64,000 nt of DNA from Octopus sinensis (taxonomy: Eukaryota). The translations under genes were made by a program, and so were the position numbers. Positions within the stretch are counted from its first letter, which is position 1. Each line of letters opens with the position of its first letter. Under the pieces are notes generated by a model that made no database searches, was not told the origin of the DNA, and saw only the letters and a list, made by a program, of their open reading frames with translations. Location of the stretch: positions 35,154,001-35,218,000 of the forward strand of contig NC_042997.1 of the NCBI RefSeq assembly GCF_006345805.1, given 5' to 3'. This document shows, in pieces, positions 25,513 through 40,206 of this stretch.

Positions 25513-28367
25513 ATACACTGCTTAGTGATATAGAAATATATAGGCTGGAAATCAATTCAGACTAACTTTACGTGACGCACTATACGATTTAGACAGCAAG
25601 AAATGCATTTGGATATGAAACACTTTGCATGCAACAAAACTGTTTTGCATGGCTATGTTTCCGTAAAACCTAAAGTGGATTCTCATGATAATATTAACTA
25701 GAGGAGTAGCCTGTCTATAACCCATGACCGTAATATCATATCATATATAAAAGGCTATACTTTTTCAATGTAAGAGAAAGAGAGGGGTATGAAATATGTA
25801 ATTAACAACCGGTAGAGTATCATCCTTAAACTGCCATGATGAAGCCACAAATATCTGTTATGGCACACACATACAACACACTCGCGCACGCACTCCCTTA
25901 TTTTTTCAAACGGCCAAAACTGATTTGCTTTTCATGCTAGAGCTGGAGTCTGTGTCTCCTATTAGTTTTGCTCTGTCCTCATGGTCTATGTCTCTACAAA
26001 TAATATGAGACACATAGTAAGGTGCATAACATTTCAAAATATAACATTTCGTATGGCACGGTACAGAAGCTTAACTATCTGTGAACACTAATACTAAAGA
26101 CAGATTGAATATGTGTACAAATCTTGACTTGTGCTCACAACAGAAAATGCTTTGAACATAAGAATAGCAGTGCTTGTATCACCAAGGTGATTTTGAAGCA
26201 TTTTGTTTTCACAGACTAACCTTCGGATCCTTAGAAAATATGCTCTTCAAATAAGCTGTGAAGAACGCCAGTCGTTTTGAATTTCAAATAATTAATTAAC
26301 AGATGTTGAGAAGTACTGAAATCAATTTTGCATTCAAGAAATTTTTTTACAATTAGCGGCACACACGGACATACATACACACAAAAATATATATGTAAAT
26401 ACATACGCGTGCATATGAGTATGTATATAAGTATGAGTCATGCACATGGGCAACACGAGCTTTCATGGTAATATTACTATAGCGGGAATAACCAGGTAGG
26501 CAGTTGGACGTTTTTGACATTGAGTACATCCTTTGGATGTGACAACAATTAATATTAACATTGACACCATTTACTGCAAATGCGACTCTCAGCTGGCTCA
26601 ACATGAGGCGACATGCTTTGTGAAAAGAACACAACGTAAAGTCTGTCGCATATCGCGAAACCATGATCTTATATTTTGAGGCCAACTCCCAAGCAACTAT
26701 ATTACACACCGTGAAACACCCCCCCACACCCACACACCCCACACACCCACACCTACACACATTTATGCATATGATATACAAACAGGAAGTATAAGTGCTT
26801 AATATATAAAGTACCTTATACGCACATTAAAAAAGTATAAACTGAGATTCTTCCTTCATTATAACCAGAATTCCTATGTAGTTTATACTTAAAGTTTGAG
26901 GATTCCTAAATTTGTAAACCCTAAATCCGAAAAGTATTGATAACATTTTAATAGAAATGGTTATATTTATGAGCTTTCATTATTCCTGCTACTTTGATGT
27001 TTAGATAGAAATTACTTGCAAATCATTTCTTTTATTACAGGAATATAACAAGAACAACAAAAACAACAACAAATGTAATTATAATGACAATAATCAATGC
27101 TTCAAACTCCTGTTTAATTTGAAATATATTATGGTAAGCTCAAAACAAACATGTTAAATTACCCCATGAATTAAAAATATAAGAATAGGATACTGGACGT
27201 GTGTTTCTTGTCTTTAATAATGCAAAGTGAAGACTAATTTCATCTCCAATGTTTTATTATTTCTACAATGGTCTTTTTACCAAAATGTCTTGATATATCA
27301 TGTGCCTTTATTGCACGTTATCCCGCGATAAGCGAGCAAACAACGGTTTCAGTTTTAACCATCAGAAATGGGCATATAAAAAGAATATGAATTTCGTTTG
27401 ATGTCTTTCAACCTTTTGTTAATTTTTATATGGTGACTACTAATGCTTCGCATGCATGAACAGAAAAAAAAAAAACAATAGACAAAAATCAAACGCGAAA
27501 CATCATCATTTTATGAAAGGAAATATATTTGCAAATGCTTCAATCTTAAATATTTATGAGAAGCATAAAGAAACACCAACTTTAATTACACCTGTCAAAT
27601 ATCAATAACACTTTGAATATTTTCCGCAATCCCACTTGACATAACAATGGACTATTATAAGGTGGGAGTTAATATAAGCATATAGCCCTTATCGCCCATA
27701 ACTATTGGAATGGACGGTAAACTAAAAATTGGAGAGATTTGAAAGCTATTAAACGAGTATAAACAATAAAGCATGAAAAATATTCAGAAAGGTTATTGTT
27801 GAAATTCTTCATCGGCGCATCCAAAATCCTCAAGAAATGTGTGGGTGTGTGTGTGAGTATATACGTCGAAAACTTGCCTTCTGTAAACTAAATGGGAAGT
27901 CCGTACTTAACATATTAGTGTAATCTTGTTTATCTGTACAGATTGTCGACTCAAAAGTCCATTGTTATTACACTACAGGATTGATAAGAATCTAACATGA
28001 AAATAACACTCTTCTATGAAAAGCATTCTGCACATATCACTTAATATAAACTTCAAATAAGTCTTTCTAAATCAATTATTCCAACATACATCAACCCAAT
28101 TTAGTTTGGAGAGCAAAGTAAAAAGAGAAGCTATGTTAACATGAAATAGAAAATGACAATAACGCAAACCCTTAAGGAATATATAAATACACGATAATAT
28201 TGTTGATACATCCAATATGTTTTCAGATTTTAAGTAAGGCTAATGTAAGTGTAAATTCAACAACCGTAAACTCGACTCGATGACAATAATAGTAAGTCAA
28301 CACACCATTAAAAATATCGTCATTAGTAGTAATAAATTACAACATATATATTTATGTGTATAAATAA

Positions 28368-29258
<891 letters not shown>

Positions 29259-29463
29259 AGATATATATATATATAAAGAAAGAAATAAGAGGCAGTCAGA
29301 AATTGGATAATTCTTTACTTTTAGCACTTTCCTCCACTCAGAACGATACTTGAAAAATCCCCAGGAATCAATGGAATCGTTAACAATAAAGACGTATCCA
29401 AAATTTTGACTGCTACCTTTTTTTCTTAATATGCAATATCTGTATATCCCTTCAGACACTCTG

Positions 29464-29512
<49 letters not shown>

Positions 29513-30545
29513 TGCTCAGATAGGGATGTCAACACAAGCGTCGTGTTGGAAATGTATACCTTTCAAAGTGACACAGTGTAACTGATCTCATAAATAAAGG
29601 AATTCTTATTTCTAAATCTCTCAACGAGAAACATTCAGTAACAGTATTCCAGAGTAAATATTATATTTGCCAACATAATGTGGGAGCCCTGATTAGGACG
29701 AGTTTTACTTTCATATGTATATATAGATACACATACACACACACGTACACACACACGCATATATATATATATACATATATGTACATACATATGTATACAC
29801 ACACAAACATATATATATATATATATATATAATATATATATATATTATATATATATATATATGTATAATTTCTGAGTTTGGTCGCACCCTCGCTGTCTAC
29901 AATACATTTACACCAATGTATATATAGTTAACTGAAATATGGACATTTCAATGGCGTTAGATGCTATTCTTCATTTGTCTTGTCATGGCCATTATTTTCA
30001 TTATGCTAATGTTAATTAAATCTTCAGAGTAATTTGTCATTAAAATACCAAATAATTAAATATGCTATGGGATTCCTTGTAACTGACTCACATTCATCAA
30101 TATCTCATCGCAGCGAAGTTGCTAGCGAGCAAAAGAGATATATTTACTTCCCAACTCCCATACAGTCAATTGTCTAAAATAAATCACTTTCCTCCACCAT
30201 GGTATTATTCAATATCTTCCTTCTCATTTCCATCTGTTATTTATTACACATGAAATACTATCAATGTAATCAGCATTGCATAATTCAAAATACATAGATT
30301 ACACCCACCCATACACACCCACACATATATATAGGAAAATGCTGATGTGCAAATTAGCACATTGCTAAAGCAGCTAGGGATTCATTTAGGATTTAGCTAA
30401 ACCAACTAGCGATCGTTGTAATTTCAAATAAAACTAGACTAGTAGAGCGGTCTCGCTCGCTGTGGGGGCAGTTATCTCCACAGCCAGTATATGAAAACGT
30501 GCTTTCACGCGGCTCTAAGAATCGTTTAACGTTTATGTATGTATG

Positions 30546-30648
<103 letters not shown>

Positions 30649-31272
30649 ACACACGCACTTATATATGTATGTATCCGTGTGTGTGCGTGCGTGTGTATGT
30701 GTGAGTGAATATGCGTGGGCCCATATGTGTGCGTAAGAAACTGGTAGTATTTTTAGAGCGTCCCATATAATGCTTTTAGATATTTGATCCGTTCCTACAT
30801 TTTGATACGTATTGCTGTTGATATCAGCATTGCACTCCATTCCATTTCCTTAGACGACAAATTATGTATGAGGCACAAACAAGGCCTGACTCATCGCCCA
30901 ATCTCCTCACTAACGGTCTCGATAATACGATGTCGAGCTAGAAAGGTGTTAGAGGCCGACCGCCAAGTCTGTCATGAGATATAAAGAATAAATTTGCGAA
31001 GGAATAGTAAATCCTTTCTTTGTAGAGAAACAAATATCCTGGATATGAAGCGTAAGGTTGAATAGTAGAAAAGAACGGAAATATTGAAAAGATTGTATCT
31101 GTGCATCTCTCTCTTGTTCCTAGATCTCTCACAATATGAATGTTTGTATATAGAACATGTGCTTTCTGTGGCTAAAGAGTGTACGACTCTTATTTCTAGC
31201 AATATCTGTACTCCCTGCCCCGTGACTTTTGTGACTTATTATTTCCTGTTTGCTTTTAAATTCCGTCTAGCC

Positions 31273-31372
<100 letters not shown>

Positions 31373-31390
31373 ATATATATATATATATAT

Positions 31391-32401
31391 ATGCCCTCAA
31401 ATGCCCGGATAGCCACTCTGGCCAGCTATGCAGACGATACGAAAGTCTCACAGAAAATACAGAACCCCAGCGATGTTGCACACCTGCAGCAGGAGTTGGA
31501 CTCAATCTACAGATGGGCTGAGGATAATAATATGCAGTTTAATGCTGAAAGATTCCAGGCCCTGTGCTATCAGCATCCGAAACTGAATATTAAACTTACA
31601 GGATACACCGGTTCACAGAGAATTTCAATCCCAGAGCCTAAGTGTGTGAGGGACCTGGGTATCGACATGAGTGATGATACCTCTTTCCAAATGCACATTA
31701 CCAGGATGGGGACAAGGTCAGACGACTGGCTGGGTGGCTCCTAAGAACATTCAGAACCAAAGATACGGAAACCATGATGGTCCTCTGGCGGACATTCGTC
31801 CTCAGCCGCCTGGATTACTGCTCACAGCTATGGTCACCCACGAGTGTAAAATTAACAGCGGACTTTGAAGCAATCCAGAGAAGATTCACAAAGACGATCG
31901 TCTCTTTGCAACAGCTCAGCTACAGGGAAAGGTTGAAGCAGCTAAGACTCTACTCCCTGAAGAAAAGATGGGAGATGTATACAGTAATATATGTCTGGAA
32001 GATCCTGGAAGGAATTGTGCAAAATTTTGGCATTGTAAACTACACCAATGCTAGAACGGGACGACACTGCATAGTGCCAAAGATCCCAGCAATGCCACCA
32101 CGCTTCAGGACCAGCTTCTGCAACAGCCTGGGTTTCAAGGGCCCACAGCTTTTTAATATTCTCCCAAAGAGTCTGAGGAACTTGCACAAAGTAGATGTAG
32201 CGGTTTTTAAATCAAAGCTGGACATCTTCCTGTCGAGATTCCCAGATGAACCTACCTCACGGCAAGAGGTGCAAATGAGAGTAGCTATATCAAACCCCAT
32301 TATTCACCAAGTGCCACATATTAGACGAGGTTCTTCGCAATAACAGTGTAGCACAAAACGGCGGTGCATCAGCATGGCCGCAGCACTGAGCTGAAACCAG
32401 A

Positions 32402-32405
<4 letters not shown>
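31391..32405 (+). mobile_element. 5'-truncated CR1-group LINE (reverse transcriptase C-terminal half and 3' UTR), flanked by (TA)n
   Basis: SYADDTK...LQQELDSIYRWAEDNNMQFNAERF...VRDLGI, a frameshift near 31720, then SRLDYCSQLWSP...EAIQRRFTK...LSYRERLKQLRLYSL. Confidence 0.9.
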
Positions 32406-32470
<65 letters not shown>

Positions 32471-32522
32471 ACATATGTGTGTGTGTATATTTATATATAT
32501 ATATATAATATATATATATATA

Positions 32523-33013
32523 ATGTTGCTTAAAATTGACGATAACTTGAATAGTGCCAAATACATTCACTTGCTGAAGGCCAATTTGATACCAGATTTG
32601 AAGGCGAACTTTTTCAGTATGAGAGTGCTCCATGCCACAAATCGCGTGCAGCACAAAGAAGTCTGTCTGATAAGGGTGTTAATGTATTGAAGGGTTGTCC
32701 AGCTCAGACCCCTAACTTAAATATCGAGTAAATGTGGACAGAACTAAAGAGACGTGTTCATAAGAAGAATGCACGAACTTTTATATATGTATATATATAG
32801 TGTGGCCCAAATTTAGGCGCTTTAAATTTCTTTTAAAACATTTTATTACATTTACATTTCTATCTTACAAACTAAAAAGGGAGCTTGACACAATTAACTA
32901 AATTAACATACTATAATGGTTTCGTATTTTCTGATAATTAAGCTCTAAACTGTGAATATATTAATGCGAAAGAGATAGTTGAATAACTGTAAAACTACTA
33001 TTAGGACACCCTG
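32523..33013 (+). mobile_element. Tc1-family transposon 3' remnant with right TIR
   Basis: DDNLNSAKYIHLL...LFQYESAPCHKS...CPAQTPNLN-IE*MWTELKRRV (decayed DD34E motifs FQQDGAPCH and WP.QSPDLNPIE). It ends GGACACCCTG followed by TA. Confidence 0.8.
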
Positions 33014-33014
33014 T

Positions 33015-33075
<61 letters not shown>

Positions 33076-33080
<5 letters not shown>

Positions 33081-33268
33081 AAAGTTTACGAAAAAAACAA
33101 AAGACGAAGACAGGTGGTGTACAAAACAAACAGATGTATTAGTATAACGCTTAGGAATAGAAAAAGTCTTTTACGTTTCGAGCCTACGCTCTTCTACAGA
33201 AAGGTACACCGAAAAAAAACAAGGAGAGAAAAAACATGTGCGTAGTGGCTAACGATCTATCATGGCGA
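33076..33268 (-). mobile_element. Solo PLE pseudo-LTR-like unit (third copy)
   Basis: Reverse complement of the 12440-12651 / 21573-21798 unit, with (TA)n on both sides. Confidence 0.8.
33168..33203 (-). ncRNA. Minimal hammerhead-like motif, core CUGUAGA, GUA cleavage triplet
   Basis: Minus strand: CTTT-CTGTAGA-A-GAGC-GTAG-GCTC-GAAA-CGT-A-AAAG. Confidence 0.55.
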
Positions 33269-33856
33269 TATATATTACAAATATATATATGCATGCATAT
33301 ATTGTTGATATAATATGCATCTGAGCTGTGACAGTGCATTGGACGTCCTTTTTTTTTACTTTACAGTGATTTAGTTTGGAATATTTCGTAGTCGTTATAA
33401 TAACTTATTTGCATAGCAACACAACGTTTATTTCTTTGTCTTGTAATTGGTACTTCTGAATACCCGAAATATATTTTTACAAAGTTCTTGTAAACCATGT
33501 CTACTATTTGTGTGGTGAAAGGTCTAGGCGTCTGGCGTGCTTTTCCTAATGATTTGGCCCACTTCGTTTGAGACATGTTAAACCGTAAGGCAGTAATAGA
33601 TATCTATGGATATTAGTATTCATTTCCAGATTAAATGACTAGCATAATACAAACGTATGCACCGTTTATATTTAAGATAATGCACGCATGTTTCCCCAAA
33701 CGCTGAGGTAGTGTTTATTTCCATTGTCCCCTTGAAACTGAATACGTAAAAGTTATTATTTTCGGGTAGGCTTATTACAAGATAAGAGAGGAAAATGTAT
33801 TATGTTAAAGATGCTATATGTTCTAACACTGACATTTTAAATTAGGAAGTCATATA

Positions 33857-34273
33857 TACTCTTTTACTCTTTTACTTGTTTCAGTCATTTGATTGCAGCC
33901 ATGCTGGAGCACCACTTTTAGTCGAGCAAATCGACCCCGGGACTTATTCTTTGTAAGTCCAGTACTTATTCTATCGGTCTCATTTTGCCGAACCGCTAAG
34001 CAACGGGGACGTAAACACACCAGCATCGGTTGTCAAGCGATGGTGGAGGGACAAACACAGACACACAAACATATATACACACATACATATATATATATAC
34101 ACATATATACCACAGGCTTCTTTCAGTTTCCGTCTACCAAATCCACTCACAAGGCATTGGTCAGCCCGAGGCTATAGCAGAAGACACTTGCCCAAGATGC
34201 CACGCAGTGGGACTGAACCCGGAACCATGTGGTTGGTAAGCAAGCTACTTACCACACAGCCACTCCTGCGCCT
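33857..34273 (-). mobile_element. SINE family A, full length
   Basis: TACTCTTTTACTCTTTTACTTGTTTCAGTC...CACAGCCACTCCTGCGCCT. Confidence 0.9.
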
Positions 34274-37200
34274 ATATATACTTTATATAAAATTCGGGCG
34301 AAAGCATTACAAATAGCTTTATACAGGCATAAAGAATGCTACATATAATAAGAGATAAGGATAGCCTCGGAAATGGACAAAGGTACATCCAGATCAAATA
34401 GAGATAAGGTAGATGGTGAAACAGTAAATTTTAGGTCTGTGTATACCTATTTATAATTTCAGCGATATACGATATGAATAAGGAAGTCTTACCCATATAT
34501 ACATACACACACACATATATTTAACATATCGATGCACATTGATATTTGTGCTACCTGGAAATTGTTGCTGTACTTTAAGTTGGAAATGACGACCATTTCC
34601 AACACCATCAAATTTAAACTGCACCTTTTATATAATCACTAACATCATGTAAATCTACTAACGTTTTTAACTTTTAACTACATAAATTTATGGAAACAAT
34701 CACTTATCGATTAATTTTCTTTTATGCGTGCAATTTTCGCTGTCATTTGTCTCTTACTTTATATTTATATAAAATATTTACCAATATATATGCGCAATCT
34801 CATTTAGTTGCATTTAATTGCAGCGGTTGGGTAATGATAATTTACATAGACACAGGAAGAATAATTGCTTTTAATTTCAAGAGACAAGATAAACCAAACA
34901 GTTGTTCAGAATGAAAAATGAGCAAGAGATAGTAAAGAAAAAGTTTAAAACGAAAACAAAATGATCATTAGGACATTAGTAATAAAATAAAGCAAAAAAA
35001 TAAAGTAATAGCAATCATACAAGCAAACGGACCGACAAGTTAACCAAACATATATATATATGTCTTAACGTAAATGTAACGAAGAAAAGAAAATAATAGC
35101 AAAAAAAAAACTTCTCTTATATAAATGAGATTATCCAAACACTGCTGGAGCCATTATTTCCACCAGACTTTAATTAACTGGGGAGGAATGGCTTGTAAAA
35201 TTTATGGAGAAAAATTTCGCCAACAGAGCGGCGAGGACGCATACATATTCTTAGTAACTATATCAAAGATTAACTTTCAAGTAACATCCGTAAATATCAG
35301 TTGCAGGAAAAACAAGCAAAAAGCTCCTCGATAAAAGGTATAATTCTTTCATGTGTATACATCTATGTATTGGTACGGGATATATATATATCATGGTATA
35401 GTTTGCATTATTTATTAATACTTAGAAAGCATACACTTTTTATATGCAAACTGAAGTATGCATTGACAGATGTATTTAAACGAATACGTCAACAATAGGT
35501 TAGAACATAAGATGTTTTTTTCTTAAGGACTTATTTACAGGAGAAACGACACCAATGTTCGTCTTAGATATAAGATAACAAATAGGCAATTATTTAGATA
35601 CTTCAGGTATTTTCTTCTGTGTTCCATATATTTTCATTGTAAACCCCATCAGCGTTAGCTTGTATTTCAACTCTTCGGTATTTAATACTGAATAAAAATG
35701 AATCAATGTTATCAACGCATCCACCATTTGTAGCTATCACATTCACATATATATGCATAGTTCTGTTTCAGCATACATTGTTCAAGTTACATTCATGAGA
35801 GAGTTAGTCTAACCCTTTTAGTTATTGTATATAATATGGACTCTTGTATTATTTAACCGATACTTTAGAAAATACCGATCAGAATATTAAGGAATCTATG
35901 CCTAATAGAAATGTTGCACTCTAGTTCTCATATATTATATTGTATGAATCTATATCGTCTTTATAAAATCCGGCGAGCTGGTCAATCGTTAGCGAGCAGG
36001 GCAAAATTTTATAATCAATTTACCGAGTAACACGGGCGCAGTAGTTAAAAAATATGTACAAGGAAATTTACTTCGCTACTATCTAGCGTTTCCAAATTTT
36101 AATATGGAATAGGCATGTTAAATGAACACAAAACTGTTAGCAATAGATACTAATGTTATGATTAGAGAAGTTTTCTATGAAATGACAGCCTATATAACGC
36201 TTGTAAATGATGTATGCATTGAGATGGTACACCGAGTTTAAAACCATCAATAAGAAAATAATACTAAGGCATTAATTAAAGATATAGTATTTTATTTCGA
36301 ACAAACAGAAGAGGTAAGACGCATCTCAAGACACGCAAATGCATTATCACGTGAAAAATGTAATTCTGAAATAACATGTTCGTTAAGACGGATACACAAC
36401 CCGTCTGTTAGATAATGTATTCTGGGACAAATCATTAATGAATAAGTGTGAGAAGGCCACGATTAGACATTCATTGCAACATTGCTCGACAAGAGATCTG
36501 GGGCTAAAATGATGACAACCTTTGCGAAAAATGATTGATAATAATATTAATATGATCACATAGTCATATCAAAACCGAGAAGCACAAAGAAGTCAAGTTG
36601 TTAAACAACACCCTATTTACTTTTACTGTTATTCATGTATTGAGTATGTTTATTTCGGAGCGATTCTATTCCAAATCAAAGTAAAATTGCTTTAATCATT
36701 TGATATAAAAAAGTGACATGATTTCACAAAGTGACAAATAAAAATTAATCAGACTAACGATAACATACTTTACATAAGCCTTTTAAACAAATTTATATTG
36801 AAGAGTATTTATATAATAGGAGTACTTGTTTGCTTTTAATAAAAAGCATATTTTTGAGTAAAAATTTTTATTAGGATACTATAAAATATTTCGGCTGAAA
36901 CATTTTTAGAATTACATCAAAGTAAGTTAAAGATGATTTGCAAATTTTTAGCATTAACCGTTATGACTGATGCCTTTCTCATGAAGTCATATACGGTATG
37001 ATTACTAGGTGATATGTTTAAATGAGACAGAACAATATACATATTTTGGACTGATCGCAAGAGTACTCAAAATCCTATTAAAATCAAAACCATTACAAGT
37101 GATCACAGGAAAACCAAAATAACTTATAGTCAATAGAGTATTGATATTTTGATTCGTGAGTGCTGAATCATGAAATTGTAGTCATCAATCCTGGAGTCGA

Positions 37201-38497
37201 CAGTATTTGGCACCAAACATGCAAACATGTTGCATTAAATACATTAACTGCAACACTTATGAGTAATTTGTTAAGATACACTATACACTTAGAAAAAGAA
37301 TGTTCTCCTGCAAGTTCTTTCATAAACATGTGGCCAATAGACTTAATTACCAAGTGATAATAAATTGGCACCGACATGAACTGCCGCATAACTTCTAAGT
37401 GTTAATAGTTTATACACACATATATAGACATCTGTTTATCAGTTATTACTGTAAATATCTCCAATAATGCCCTTAGACCATGCATTATCTTTGAAGTTAT
37501 AAGTATCATAATTAACGTGAAAGCATTGATAAGCCAAGTTTAGAGAAACCTGGTTGCGATATTACTGCTTAGAATATACACTAGTTCACATCTAAGTGAC
37601 AATTATGATCATTGAAAAGATATCAATCATATGGGATTAAATGAACTGTTATGCACATAATCAAGATAAGTATATGTTGTATTAGATCTTGAATGTTGAT
37701 ACCTGCATATGATAATGTTCACTTTTGCGTATATGGAGTATATATTGGCTAAATATGAAAATAATTATTTCTGCCTGAAAAAGTTTTGCACACGCCAGTA
37801 AATATGTTTCAATGTTTACATATACGGCCTGCAGTTTTTAGAGTGCTATGTATGAGTGATACTATATGCAGCTGATGTTGCATAAAAACACAGAAACATG
37901 TGTCCTATACTCCAATGAAGGCATCTATAGGCTAGCACGTTGTATTTTCATACATTGTCCAGAATAATTACACTTTCCGGACTGCCACCACAGTGAAGGT
38001 CTTTCCACATTTAAGAGTACACGAACGGGGAAATATATAAATGTTCAAAGCTTCAGTATATTTATCACTGATTAGTGTGTCTTTAATTAATAAATTCCAG
38101 CTTGACAAGGCTGTACATGTGCCAGTAAATTTATTATTTGCTTTTCATATACAAGTACGGCAATTCTTAATGTGCTTTGAACTACGGATTTGATCACTCT
38201 GGTGAGTAATGCGAAACAGCTCAGAATTACGATGCCTACGTGTCTGATGACATCGTTTACGATATAAGTAGTTTAATTTGATACTACCTCGGTTTCGCAT
38301 ACTGGACTTTCGCTCATTCGAGTGGCTACTCATAATACCAGTGTATGACTTAATTCTCTATTTCTTATATCGGGGCTGAGAAATTTTCGTCCAAGTTAAG
38401 TGTGAATATGTGACAGTTAGAAGGCACATACATGGTGAAATACAGCTAATGTTCTCGCTACCTGCTGCTAGGATAAATTGTCGTCTATTCCCGATAT

Positions 38498-38995
38498 CAT
38501 CATCATTGTTCGACCGTGATCGAGACAATGGAATTTACTATGTTACGCCAGACTTCACGGTCCATCATAGCCTTACGGAGGTCCTGTTGCTGGATGCCTG
38601 TATCCCTGGAGATTACATTAGGGTAGGAGAGTGTGCGCCCTCTGGTATTGCGAGTAGATGGCTTCCAGAGGAGAAGAGTAGAAATTACTTCTTTTTCAGC
38701 TCTACAACAATGTCCAGCAACCTGGACTCTCCTACCTTTCACAAGAGATGACACAGGGGTAATTTCCCATATATTTGCATTTTGGTTGGATGGCGCTTCC
38801 ACGAGATTTTGAGCTCTCATAAGGAGGCGAGTGTAGGTTCCATCCAACCGCCTCTCAAGCTTCTTTGATAACGTCCAGGTTTCTGAGCCACATAGTAGAA
38901 TTGGTTCGACTGTGGCTTTGAATATTTCAAGTTTGAAGTCTCTAATTAGATTTGATGACCAGATCTTATGAATGTCATTACAGGCTGATCAGGCC
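38498..38995 (-). mobile_element. 5'-truncated RTE-group LINE 3' end with 11-bp TSD and short (TGA)n tail
   Basis: KLEIFKATVEPILL...DGTYTRLLMRA...RRVQVAGHCCR...LLLWKP...AMMDREVWR. The TSD ATTCCCGATAT lies at 38487-38497 and 38996-39006. Confidence 0.85.
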
Positions 38996-39321
38996 ATTCC
39001 CGATATAGTTACTAGCCTATAGAAGGTGTATACATTAGGAGCGTTACATGTATAGCTACTGTGATTTAACACTCCATTGATTGCGTATACCGGTGATGCA
39101 ATCATTTTATTATCCTTCGAGATAAAAGAAAAATTACTAGTAAACACGTGCATAACGATTAGTATATTAGCAAATACAATGAAAAGCAAGTGAGGTAAGT
39201 CGCTTTACACTGAATATTAAATACATTTAATACAAAAAAAAAAATGTACATGTGAATGGATCGAAAATAGTCCGACTTACAGAATATAAATGATATCAGG
39301 AGTTACGTGGGTAGACGTTTG

Positions 39322-39415
39322 AGTTCAACAGCTGTTTCTGGGGGCTCGGTGGTACGGAATAACGATAGTTACTTGGTTCCATTATCAGATAACACCGCCT
39401 CCGTCTTCAGGGGAG
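39322..39415 (-). ncRNA. Type I hammerhead-like motif with long helix II, probably decayed, in a probable PLE terminal segment (~39300-39630)
   Basis: Minus strand: CCC-CTGAAGA-CGGAGGCGGTG...CACCGAGCCCCCA-GAAA-CAGCTGT-T. The core and the palindromic helix III (ACAGCUGU) are intact; helix I is poorly paired. Confidence 0.55.
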
Positions 39416-39769
39416 TATTTTACATGAGAACATTTTATATTCGAGGTGTTGACAGAATGGAGTTTAAAGATAGAATGGTTTTATGGAGAGCTGAGTGTGC
39501 AAGGAATGGTGGTTGGAGATGTTTAGATAGAAGAAATAGATTACAGTGTTAGGATTAATGATCAAACTAGTGACAGTAGTGGTGGAACGTGGAAAGAGTG
39601 TATTCTGTATAGGGAACACCTGTCTCTAACGTATAAGGTATAAATATATATATGCGTAAATTTTCATTCATACATACATAGATCACATACACATACACAT
39701 GAATATATCATATAATATTTTACTATTTCCTGTCGGTTTGGTAGCAAGAATACGTATTTATGGATACAT

Positions 39770-39899
39770 GTATTGTAAATGTTTGATATCTGTTAATGAA
39801 TATGTTGAGATATTACATTTTATATAACATATTTACGTATTGTAAATGTTTGATATCTGTTAATGAATATGTTGAGATATCACATTTTATATAACATAT
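39770..39899. repeat. 67-bp tandem duplication
   Basis: GTATTGTAAATGTTTGATATCTGTTAATGAATATGTTGAGATAT... starts at 39770 and again at 39837. Confidence 0.9.
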
Positions 39900-40154
39900 G
39901 TGTAATTGGATTCATAAAACACATATCCAGTTATCAAACACAGGAGGTTTCACTACTATATGCATAAATAATATAAGCGTCTACAGGAAAAAGTTTCTGT
40001 ATTTAGGAATTCAATATAAGTTTTAGGAATAATGTCCGACATATATATGAAATATGTTATGGCAACATAGCAACATATTTAATGATAAGTACAATGGAAG
40101 TCACAATCACGCAAGCATCTTGAATGTATACATATATGTACATACATACACGCG

Positions 40155-40197
<43 letters not shown>

Positions 40198-40206
<9 letters not shown>

